Under the pieces are notes generated by a model. It saw only the letters and a list, made by a program, of their open reading frames with translations, did not search any database and had not been told where the DNA came from. Positions 44,284 through 53,800 of a DNA stretch of 55,142 bases are shown in pieces (position 1 is the stretch's first letter; each line of letters starts with the position of its first letter). The stretch covers positions 1 through 55,142 of IMG/VR virus record IMGVR_UViG_3300020436_000015; one strand, 5' to 3'. The position numbers and the translations under genes are program-made. The DNA comes from a virus. Taxonomy: Duplodnaviria; Caudoviricetes.

Positions 44284-44769
44284 ATGTTTGAAGGATTCGA
44301 TAAGCTAGACCTTAGCGACACAGAGGTCAGCGGAGGTTCCATTCTTGAAGCTGGGATAAACCACTTAACGTGTACCGAAGCCGAAGTAAATCCAGCGGCG
44401 AGTAACCCCAGCAATATGGTTTTGTTGTGCAAGTTTGCTGTCGAAGGTGGTGGCGAGATAAGAAATTATTTCAACATACACAACAGCAACGAACAGGCAG
44501 AGCGAATTGGTAAGGAGCAACTGAAGCGATTCCTGATCGCCGCAGAGCACCCGACGCCAGACAAGCCTAGCGATGTCTCCTCTCTCAAGGGTCTGAAGGT
44601 TACGGTAGACCTACAGCTTGGCAGGCCACGCAAAGACACTGGACAGCAGTATCTTGAGATCAAGCGTTGGTTCAAGTACATGGATGAAGGCGCTAAGGCA
44701 TCCAGCCCTCCCGCATCATCGAAGGGAGACAGCACCAGCGAGTTCAGAGAAGATAAGATTCCATTTTAA
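44284..44769 (+). CDS. Single-stranded DNA-binding protein (DUF669-like), 161 aa
   Basis: OB-fold-like pattern, C-terminal EDKIPF tail, adjacent to the Sak4-like gene. Confidence 0.8.
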   Translation: MFEGFDKLDLSDTEVSGGSILEAGINHLTCTEAEVNPAASNPSNMVLLCKFAVEGGGEIRNYFNIHNSNEQAERIGKEQLKRFLIAAEHPTPDKPSDVSSLKGLKVTVDLQLGRPRKDTGQQYLEIKRWFKYMDEGAKASSPPASSKGDSTSEFREDKIPF

Positions 44770-44784
44770 TCTGGGGGATTTATC

Positions 44785-44811
44785 AGGGGGGCAACGCCCC
44801 CCTTTTTTTTT
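44785..44811 (+). terminator. Intrinsic terminator
   Basis: AGGGGGGC-AAC-GCCCCCCT stem followed by a T tract. Confidence 0.85.
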
Positions 44812-44822
44812 AGGAGCCAGCT

Positions 44823-45626
44823 ATGGATGCGCAATCTGTAATTGACCGCATAGACAAAGCATACGAAGAGAGCTTTAAAGAAAAGCCGCGCAAATATCTT
44901 GGTGCGAGTATCGTCGGTAATCCATGTGACGCCCTGCTGTCTTTCAATCTGCGTGGGTTTCCCAACGACCCGCCAGACGCAAGACTGCAAAGGGTTTTCA
45001 GAATGGGACACATCCTCGAAGACGAGGTGGTTAAAGACCTAAAGAAAGCTGGTCTAAGCATATTTGAAGTAGACGGAGTTACTGGAAAGCAACACACATA
45101 CTCGGCCCTTGGTGGACACATCGTCTGCCACACAGATGGCCTTGCTGAAGACGAAGACGGGAGCGTGATGGTTCTTGAGATCAAGTCTATGAACGAGGCA
45201 AGCCATAAAAAGTTTTTATCTAAGGGCGTCCGCATATCCCACCCTCAGTATTACGGGCAAGTTCAACTAGAGATGGGCCTGTCTGAAATTCACTCGACAC
45301 TGTTCGTTGCGATCTGCAAGAACAACTCTATGTACGGGGTGGAGATTGTAGAGTTTGACGAGATTGAATTTGCTTTTATTCGGGAGCGAGTTCAAAGAGT
45401 TATAGACGGTGATGTAGAAAAAATATCCAGCGACAAGACAGATTGGAGATGCAAAGGATGCTTCAAGCGTAGTGTTTGCTGGGATGGGAAAGAGCCAACA
45501 GTTGAGTGTGCGACTTGCAAACATGCTACCGCAACGCACGGAAAAGAGTGGTACTGCAATGCCAAAGACACGCCAGCCGTTAATCCGTGCGACAAGTATG
45601 AAATATGGAGGCCGCGTGACAGGTAG
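44823..45626 (+). CDS. Cas4-like PD-(D/E)XK exonuclease, 267 aa
   Basis: YLGASIVGNPC, GHILE, HTDG, LEIKS, YYGQVQ, CKGCFKRSVC plus an extra CxxC cluster. Confidence 0.88.
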   Translation: MDAQSVIDRIDKAYEESFKEKPRKYLGASIVGNPCDALLSFNLRGFPNDPPDARLQRVFRMGHILEDEVVKDLKKAGLSIFEVDGVTGKQHTYSALGGHIVCHTDGLAEDEDGSVMVLEIKSMNEASHKKFLSKGVRISHPQYYGQVQLEMGLSEIHSTLFVAICKNNSMYGVEIVEFDEIEFAFIRERVQRVIDGDVEKISSDKTDWRCKGCFKRSVCWDGKEPTVECATCKHATATHGKEWYCNAKDTPAVNPCDKYEIWRPRDR

Positions 45627-45927
45627 AAAAGAAGTATTAGAAGGCGCGTCTGAGCTTATTGATGGTGACAGAGAGCGTGATTACGGCGATGCGTACATGA
45701 ATCATCTTCGCATCGCAAAAGGGTGGAACCCAATTATAGAAGAGGCAATGTTATCCCACGGACACATAACACCATCGCATGTTGCGCTGATGATGGATTG
45801 GGTAAAGACAGCCAGACTTTTGAATAGCTTGGATCACAAGGATTCTTGGGTAGACAAGGCAGGATACACCGCACTTGGTTACGAGTTCTCTTACAGAGAC
45901 GCGCACAAAAAATCAGCAGTCGATTAG
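45616..45927 (+). CDS. DUF6378-like protein, 103 aa
   Basis: GGAGG RBS and GTG at 45616; LIDGDRERDYGD...HVALMM..VKTARL...DSWVDKAGY. Confidence 0.8.
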   Translation: MTGRKEVLEGASELIDGDRERDYGDAYMNHLRIAKGWNPIIEEAMLSHGHITPSHVALMMDWVKTARLLNSLDHKDSWVDKAGYTALGYEFSYRDAHKKSAVD

Positions 45928-46398
45928 GAATATCTCTCGCTCTGCTTCTCTTCTTCTTGTCAGTCCTCGGAGCACTCTGCCGCCTGACTTGTTCCACCGC
46001 AGGAACTCATTGGCGGCGTCCTTGTATTCACCCCTGTTGTATTTCTGTCTAAGCGTGCTGGCCTGCAAAGCGCCTAGCCCACAATTAAACGAAAAAGATA
46101 CCAGTGCGTCCAAATGGTTTTGACGAAAAGCACTGTCAGGGCAATGTCGAAGTACACCATTCTCGAACCGAACAAGGTCTTCACATAGTAATGAATCAAC
46201 CTCATCTTGACTCCAGACTCTATCGTCTTCTTCTGCTACTTCCTGCTCAAGCCGATCAACCGCCTTCATGCGAAGGTGGCTTTTGTAAAGCACATGGCCA
46301 TAACCGATAGTCCACAAATCGGCTGAGCATCTGTATGGTTTAAGCTCGCACCCTTCAAATGCTTTGATTAGGTCTATGCCGACCTGACTCACGTTCAT
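45913..46398 (-). CDS. Endolysin, GH24 lysozyme, 161 aa
   Basis: IKAFEG..LKPYRC..WTIGYGH, DALVSFSFNCG and GLTRRREAE motifs. Start at 46398 by ATGA overlap; the track ORF is over-extended. Confidence 0.95.
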   Translation of the reverse strand: MNVSQVGIDLIKAFEGCELKPYRCSADLWTIGYGHVLYKSHLRMKAVDRLEQEVAEEDDRVWSQDEVDSLLCEDLVRFENGVLRHCPDSAFRQNHLDALVSFSFNCGLGALQASTLRQKYNRGEYKDAANEFLRWNKSGGRVLRGLTRRREAEREIFLIDC

Positions 46399-46721
46399 TT
46401 GGTTGGCTTGTGCATAAACGCTGTTGCACCCATGTAGGTTCCAACGATTCCACAGAGAGAGAAATAGAACAGGCCAAGCAGATCGGACAAAGCATTTACT
46501 CTGCTGTCTGGTATCAGAGGCGTGAACAGAACTATTGTGGCCACGACCATAACGCTTATTGCCAGCCAAGCCATCAGCTTTTGCGCCTCTGACTTTTCCT
46601 CCCGCAACTCAAGCTCAATCATCTCCTTTGACTTTGCTATCTCGTCGTCAGTGACTACGCCATCATTGTCTAGGTCGAACTCGTTGTACTTGGACTTTAT
46701 TTCTAGGCTTTTGGGAGTCAC
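46395..46721 (-). CDS. Two-TM membrane protein with EF-hand-like loop, 108 aa (holin/antiholin candidate)
   Basis: DLDNDGVVTDDE followed by two hydrophobic helices, in the lysis cassette. Confidence 0.7.
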   Translation of the reverse strand: MTPKSLEIKSKYNEFDLDNDGVVTDDEIAKSKEMIELELREEKSEAQKLMAWLAISVMVVATIVLFTPLIPDSRVNALSDLLGLFYFSLCGIVGTYMGATAFMHKPTK

Positions 46722-47209
46722 TGCTTTGACCTACTGAAAGCCTGCGTGCCAAACCAGAAGGCAACGATTGAGCTAAGGATAAGCATTTCGTCGTCAGAGA
46801 ATGCGTTCTCCATTGCGGCGGCGAAAGGAACACCCGTCTTGTAGGCGTACCATATACCGGCGATGTCCACGACGACCAGCAACAAGACAAATATATAGGT
46901 CACCACTGGGCGAACTGATGCTCTCAGGTTTATCACCCAAGTGGACGCACCGTCAGCTAGGCCAGCATCGTGCTTATACATAGCGATCCTCTCTGCGGAG
47001 GTTGCCTGTATCTGCGCTGTCTCTGCCTTGATCTCTTCAATGTTCTGTTGCGCCTTGAAACCTTTTTCTGCCAGAACCGCTTCGCGCTCCGACTGAAGGC
47101 GCATCATTTCAAGCTCGTGTTTCTTATCACCACGGTCTTTGAATATGTCCAAGATAGTGGGTAGACCACCGCTAAGAAAACTGAGGAATGTTGAGGCTAA
47201 TGTAAGCAT
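46718..47209 (-). CDS. Holin (3TM GTA-holin-like), 163 aa
   Basis: WVINLRASVRPVVTY and SIVAFWFG motifs, adjacent to the endolysin. Confidence 0.75.
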   Translation of the reverse strand: MLTLASTFLSFLSGGLPTILDIFKDRGDKKHELEMMRLQSEREAVLAEKGFKAQQNIEEIKAETAQIQATSAERIAMYKHDAGLADGASTWVINLRASVRPVVTYIFVLLLVVVDIAGIWYAYKTGVPFAAAMENAFSDDEMLILSSIVAFWFGTQAFSRSKQ

Positions 47210-47216
47210 GTCTACC

Positions 47217-47366
47217 TCACCAAATCACTGCTAGTACAAAGACAATGGCAAGGCAGATAGTGCCAAAGCCAACCACTTCGTCGGACTTCATTGTCGCGTA
47301 ATTGCCGACAGCCCTCCCGACTTTCTTAACTGGGATTAACATTGTTTGCTTAATAGATTCAATCAT
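47217..47366 (-). CDS. Small membrane protein, 49 aa (not in ORF track)
   Basis: ATGA overlap; C-terminal hydrophobic VVGFGTICLAIVFVLAVIW. Confidence 0.55.
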   Translation of the reverse strand: MIESIKQTMLIPVKKVGRAVGNYATMKSDEVVGFGTICLAIVFVLAVIW

Positions 47367-47839
47367 CTGCTAGCTCCTACGATTATTGAGACGGTAAACC
47401 AAATAATTCCGACAGAGAAAACACAAGCACCAGCGATAAGCATGCCATCAATAATGAGGCGCTTTTTCTGTGCTTGAGCTTTGGCTCTGGCAAAACGCTC
47501 TGCCCGTAGCCGCCGCCTTGTTTGCATCATCTCTTTGTAAAACTGTTCTCCCGGCCCGTATATGCAGATCAACTCTCGTAGTTCTTTCTCCATCTGGTTT
47601 GTTTTGTGCTTGGCCATCTGAATCTCTAGGGCTTGAGCCTCTATAGAGTTGCCTCGCAAAAACTTCGGGCCGTTCTTGTTCTCTATTTCTATCTCAGTAA
47701 TTCTCTCTTTTTTATCAAAAAAAGACGAGAAAAAGCTAGCAGTGTCTTCGATCTCGCGGCCTGCATCTACGCAAGCCCTGACCATTTTATAAGCCTTGGT
47801 TGCACCTCCTATGCATAACGCCAATTCTGTTATGGGCAT
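47363..47839 (-). CDS. Coiled-coil protein with C-terminal TM, 158 aa
   Basis: GAGGT RBS; first gene of the lysis cassette. The start may be the ATG a few bases away. Confidence 0.7.
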   Translation of the reverse strand: MPITELALCIGGATKAYKMVRACVDAGREIEDTASFFSSFFDKKERITEIEIENKNGPKFLRGNSIEAQALEIQMAKHKTNQMEKELRELICIYGPGEQFYKEMMQTRRRLRAERFARAKAQAQKKRLIIDGMLIAGACVFSVGIIWFTVSIIVGASR

Positions 47840-47852
47840 CCATCATTACCTC

Positions 47853-50800
47853 TTAAAAATCGCTACCAAAGTCTGAGGAAAATGCACCCGAAGAGAATGC
47901 TTGTGAGCCGCCGCCTCTCGTGGCATCGCCCATCAGATCAGCCGCGCCTTCTCGGAAAGCCCTGACTTGTCCAGCCACGGGTACTCTCATAGACAGCAAT
48001 CTAGCGGCTTGTCTTTCGTCTCCAGTTGGTTCCCCCGGTTCTTTAACAATCGCGTCACCAAAGCCTCTGCCCATTCTGTACACGTCAACACCCAAGCCCA
48101 CGGTTGGGCCAAGTAGTCTGCTTGCAAACGCCATCTCACCATAAGCTCCGTCATCAGCAGAAGCCGCCGCTTGGTATGCCAAGTCAGCAAACAGGCCGAG
48201 ACCGCCAAGCTGGACAAGACCTTCCCAATAAAGGGCCAGTGCCGCATCCGTGTCTTGGTGTATGTTTGGCGTAATGCCAAGGGTTTTTTCTAGGCTTCTT
48301 TCTCGAAGGGCGGCAGACTTTTCATCATCTCCACCCCTAAACTGCGCGAAGTCTTTTGCGGCTAGTGTAGCCGCACCCATTCCTACCCCAGCGGTGCTGA
48401 GAGCAAGGAGCGGAGTTATGTTTCCTTGTGCTCCTTCTTTGATTACGTCCAGAGTCAGCCTGCCCATCATCAACGGGAATGTCTTTAGCTGAAAAAGAAT
48501 CTGGCCAGAAGGTGTGTGCGCCCACATGGGTATGTCATCCGCATTAGGAGCGAACACCGTGTCGTTCACAAACTTGTTTAGAGCTACCCTTAATACCCTG
48601 TCTTCGCCAAGGTCTACGTCCCCAAGGTTTTCATTAAACCTAGAGCCTCCGGGCAAGAAGTCTTCGAGACCGTATCTGGCCATCAGCCTGTGGGCTGTCC
48701 TGTACCTGACACCCTGTCTTTGGACGGGTAGGGATGCGTCGTAGTGTCTTCTCAGCTTTATTTGCTGTGTCTTGAAAGCCTCAAGACCAACACCAGTTGC
48801 CAAGAGGCGCATGGTGTCTGTCCAAGGAGTAAGCATAGTCGCGTTAAAGAATGCATCAGATGCCTTGTTATGCACCTGACCATACATGTGAATCATTCTG
48901 TTGTGAGCAATGCTTTCTACACTAGCACCGATATTGAATATCTCGCGTCGATAGTCCTTGTCGTTTGTCGCAAAGTTCTTCAATGCCCGCAGGAAAGCGG
49001 GCATGTCTCCAGTTCTAACCAAGGGCAACACAAAGTCCGACAGAGAAGTCAGCGTTGTAAAGCCAAGAAGAGTTACGTTGTTGAATGTTCTAACTGCTTG
49101 AGAAGCCTGACGCCCAAGGTTTGTAGTGCCAATAGGCGGCTTCTTCATTGCAACATTCATTGCGTTTTCGAGGAATGTCATGTCGTCGTGTGAGAACTCG
49201 ACTTTGTTTCCTCTGAAATCTTCAAGAGCGCCGATTATTGCATCAACCCTGCGTTGATAAGTTGGGTTCGGCATCTGTCCGTAGCTCGGTGGGGCTATGT
49301 CTTCCAGCATTTTTCTAGCTGGGACAGAACCCTTAGACAAGAACGTAGACAGGAGGTTGTCTGCAAAAGCCGCCGCATCTCCCGGTCGGTTTGCAAATGG
49401 CATTCCGATTGTCTCTTTGAAGTCGATGCTTTCTACAAAACCTGTCTGGTTGTTGTATCCCTGTCTTGCGGTAGTGAACTCTTTGTTCTTAGACAGAAGC
49501 TCGGCTATGCCTTGAACGCCACCATTACGCACCACCATGTAGTCGTAGTAACCGTGGGTGTTGACACCCAGCTTTTCCATGAAAGCCAAGCGTCTGCTAC
49601 TGCCCTCAAAGTATTTCGTTAGCAAGAACTCAAGGTCTCCCTCTAAGAACTCTTCCATTCTGGAGATTGACTCTGGATACTTCTCAAGCTCTATCATCCT
49701 GCTGTAATCAAGAGCGTCAGATGTTGGATTCCTTGACCCGCCTCCGCCGGGAATAAATGTTCCTTGGTTTGACTGATCGCTAAGCGTGCCGAACATATTC
49801 TCAGCAAACTCTCTTGCCGCTTGTTCGTCGGCAAGCTCTCCGCGAGCAGTATGCTCAACCTTGTAGTAGTGAATCATGGCATCCAGAAAGCGTTCTCTGT
49901 TTCTGGATATAGATTCTGCGTTCCAAACCTGCGGAAGATAGTTTTTTCTGCGGCCAACATTTACGCCAGCTTCAATAAGCTCTTCTCTTTCCGCGTCAAA
50001 TGCCCTTCTAATCTGACCATATATCCCTTTTTCTTGGGTAGATAGAGTCTTGAAGAATCGGGAGTTCTCTCCATACCTTAGCGCCCTGACAAGTTTTTCG
50101 TGAGACTTGGGCTGTCCGCCAATGGCGTCCATGCTTACCCTTCTTGCCCACCTCTTTCCCTTGCCTTGTGCATCTGGCAAGCGATTGAGTGAGTGCATGA
50201 GAGGAAAATACTTTTTGGCAAAACGCTGACTAATGTCTGGGTAGACATCTCTGTACCAAGAGCCAAGCCACTTCAGCCCCATCTTGTTCATGCGCTCAGA
50301 AGATCGACCGATAAATTTAACCGGAGAGAAACTGCCTAGCTCTGCAATTTCCTCGTCGTTAAGGTTTCTCTTTCTAGCAAGAGTCTGAACAACTTGAGCC
50401 ATCTCGTTAGAGCCAGCAACTTCTATGGCTTCAGCAAAGGAACCGACATCTACATCGCCAATGTCTTTTATCTTTCCTTCTGAGGCTAGGCCAGCAATGT
50501 GGCCAGCAACACCGCGAGGCAGTGGCGCATCGCCCCTGCCGAACAGCCTGCTCTCATCAATGTCAAACTCCGTTGAGTTCGTGTGCTTGAACTTTGTGTT
50601 TGTCTTTTGCCCGAAGATCGCTTCTGGAGAGTCAAAGATAACCAGAGCAAGATGGTCTACATTTCTAGCAGAGACAGGAATTATTTGGCCTGACGGGCTT
50701 CTAAACTCGTTTACTCCCTCATGCGGAACGCTGTTGGAGTGGACATATATTAGCGAGTCGTAGCCAGCTTCTTTCAGCATGATGTTGAACTTGTCAGCCC

Positions 50801-53800
50801 GCATGCTGTGAGTTCCTTGGAACAAAGACAGTGCTTCGTCATAGAACTGCTCTGCTGAGAAGCTGTCTCCCTTTGAGCTTAACTTGCTTAGGAGATTACT
50901 TATCTGACGATCTGATATTTCCTCGCTGTTCTCAAGACGAACCAGCATATCTGCAAAAAGCCCGCTGTCCTCTCCCAATCTATGCATGGATTCTGGAGTG
51001 AAGTTGGCAACTTTCTGGGCCGCTGGGTATACGGGTATGACCATTGGATCAACAACGATGTCAAACTCAGCAAGGTTTTCTTCTAGCTCTTTTACCCTAT
51101 CCGCCCTGTAGGCAATGATCTGTCCAAAGTCTTCTAGTATGTCGTCTCTTGCGGCAAGAACTTGTTCGTAAGTCCTGTAAGGGTTTGATGGCATCAAACC
51201 CGTCATATCTCCGCCGCCTTCTCCTGCCGAAAACGCATAACCGTAGTAGCGGTCTAGCTGGCCTTCTCTGTATGCACCTTCAAAATCAACCAGAAGATTA
51301 GAGTAGACATTCCTGTCTATGGCGAGACCTCTCTGTAGCTCAGAAAGGTAATCTGCTGTCTCCGTCAGTCCGTCTTTTAGCTCTGGAGGATACTCGTCGC
51401 CCGGAAGACGCTGGATCATATTTCTATAGCCATCGCGGGTTGGTCTCAGAGCATAGACATCATGGGCCGCTGTAGCGGAGAAAGAGAAGTAGTTTCCAGC
51501 GCCATGATTGCCCTGCCTGCTGGGCTGAAGCTGTACGTCTGGATTGTCCAGATGATTTAGGCGCTTGCCGCTCGGCGTAGCATGGAAGACAACCACAGGC
51601 TCCCTAAAGTTTTTCAAATACTTATTTGGTATCTGAGTGGCAAAGCTACCTTGATACTCTCTTATGTTTGCCTGTGCTGTTTGACTACGCGCTCTGAAGG
51701 TGTCTCTGACAAAATTCTGCGCGCTGGTTGCGTTGTATATTCCAGCACCGGCTCTTTGCATCGGAGGATATGCCTTCGGAGAAAGCGCGCCATCTAGCAT
51801 GTTTCCGTACAGGAAAATTCTTCTGAACTGTTGCTTGATGTCGTCTCTACCAACCAAGCCATTCACGAGGTAGGCAACGTACTCAACAATTCTGTCTAAG
51901 GCTCTTTCGATAGTACCTTTGAACTGGATTGCGCCGATGTCTCCTGTAGCAACAGCTTGGTATATGTCGCCTTTTGCTACACGTTCTGCCATGTAAAGGG
52001 TTAGCTGTTCAGACATGTATTCTGAGGCCAGCAAGTCCTCTAACGGTCGCTCCCTAGTGCCATACTTCTGGGCGTAGGAAGCAAACAATCTGTCTTTTTC
52101 GGAGTCAGGCAATGCAAAGTATGCGTTCTTAATTGCAAACTGTTCGTCTGCGCTAAGAACATCGCTACGCATCACCGCTTCAGCAACGCTTTTTACAACC
52201 TCAAATGGAGACACGTTGCCTTTGTTTAGACCAATAGCGACCTGCCTCATATCTGTTCTGAACTTTTTAAACTCTGGAGACCTATAGTCTGCGAATACAG
52301 TCGCTCCAGACTCAGAGCTTGGCATACCAGACAGACGAGCAACGGTATCTGCGTCCACCACGTTCAGCTTTCCGTCCAAGAACCTGTTGGTCTTGCCCAT
52401 GAGGTTAAGCATTCGATACGCCAGAGTTCTAGCTCCGTACTCTATCTCCGGCTCCCTGTGCGTAATGTAAGACAGAAGGTTTTTGATTGATGCTCTGGAA
52501 TTTGCAGGTATGCCACGAGCAGAAGACACGCCCGTTGAGTCTGCGGCTTCTTTTACGATCTCCAGCTTGGAATAAAAGACAGGGGTGATCTGAACTTTTT
52601 TGTAATCTTCCTTGGAGTCAGCGCCTTTCTTGAGAGCTTTGTTGGCCCTACGCCTTCTGACCTCAAAAGATATTTCGTCCGCTACCTTCGAGTCTCCCCG
52701 ACCAAGAGCATCCATAAGCTCGTCCAGAAGCTCTGGCTCGTACATGTCCTTGTATTTTTTGGCCACGGGAACCTTCTTGAGTATTGGCCCAGTTTTTTCT
52801 CTGCGCACAATCTCATCAGCAAGCTGATCGCCGTAGTCTGTACCACGATGCTCTAGGAACTTTCTTCTAAGCTCGTCGTCTTTCATAGACTTAGAGCTAT
52901 CTGCGGTCTGCTTGTCTACCTTTGTCTTTTTCTTTTCTGCGGCAGGCTTTTTCTTCTGCTTGGCGTCATTCTTCGCCATCGCAGTTACAGCAGAAGATTC
53001 TCTTTCCCTCTTCTTTTTACTGCCACTGTCGGTTGGCTTGCCTCGTTTCCACTTCGGAGTGTGTCCCGGCATGATGCTACCGTCTTCTACCTTGTAGTAG
53101 GCGGCGGCTAGCGAGTCTTCTACTCTCTGGAAGATACTCCTGATTGCGGTTCGTCCGCCTGCCGGATCAAAGGTTTTGCCACCTTCTATTATCTTTCCGT
53201 CTGACGCTCTTTCGGCCAGAGCGGGGAAGAAGACATCCCCGTATCCATCAAGGTAAAGGGCTTTTATCTTGTCTGCCTGATCTTGTATGTCCCCAATAGA
53301 CATATCCACAAGGTCTTCGTAGCCTAGCTCGTTTCTGGCCGCATCATCTCCGAGAGAGTCGTAGTCGTAGTTTTTGCCTCCACGTATCTCGTCTATATTG
53401 TCTACACGATTATGGATGGCAGTCCATAGCGCAGGGTTTCTCTTGATCGGCTCAAGACTGCCTGTTCTGTATGGGCCTTTGCTGTTCTTGTATCTCTGAG
53501 CTATAGACAGCATGAACATTTGCATTTGGTCTGCGGCATTTATTATGCCGTCAGCACTGTCTCTGGTTATGGCGTCGTCCATGTCCGCCATAAGCTCTCG
53601 CATCTGTCTTACCCTGCCGTGCCATATTTTTCCGGCCTCAGTTTGGGGTGGGCCTGTCATGCCTTTTGCTCTAGCCGACTCAACCTTATCTGGCAAAGCC
53701 TTGGCAAAAAGTCTCTCAAGGTCTGGGTCTATCTGGGCGCCAAAGGCATAGCGTTCAAAAACATTTTTGATGTAGGACGCCATCCTTCTCCAGAAAGATT

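Noticed and set aside
44823-45626. Cas4-like nuclease as evidence of CRISPR-Cas
   Set aside because: No repeat-spacer array or other cas genes were seen. The Sak4-SSB-exonuclease context indicates recombination.
46399-46569. N-terminal extension (SAR/signal) on the endolysin, as in the 218-aa track ORF
   Set aside because: It overlaps the upstream membrane gene. The ATGA-coupled start at 46398 gives a normal GH24 N-terminus.
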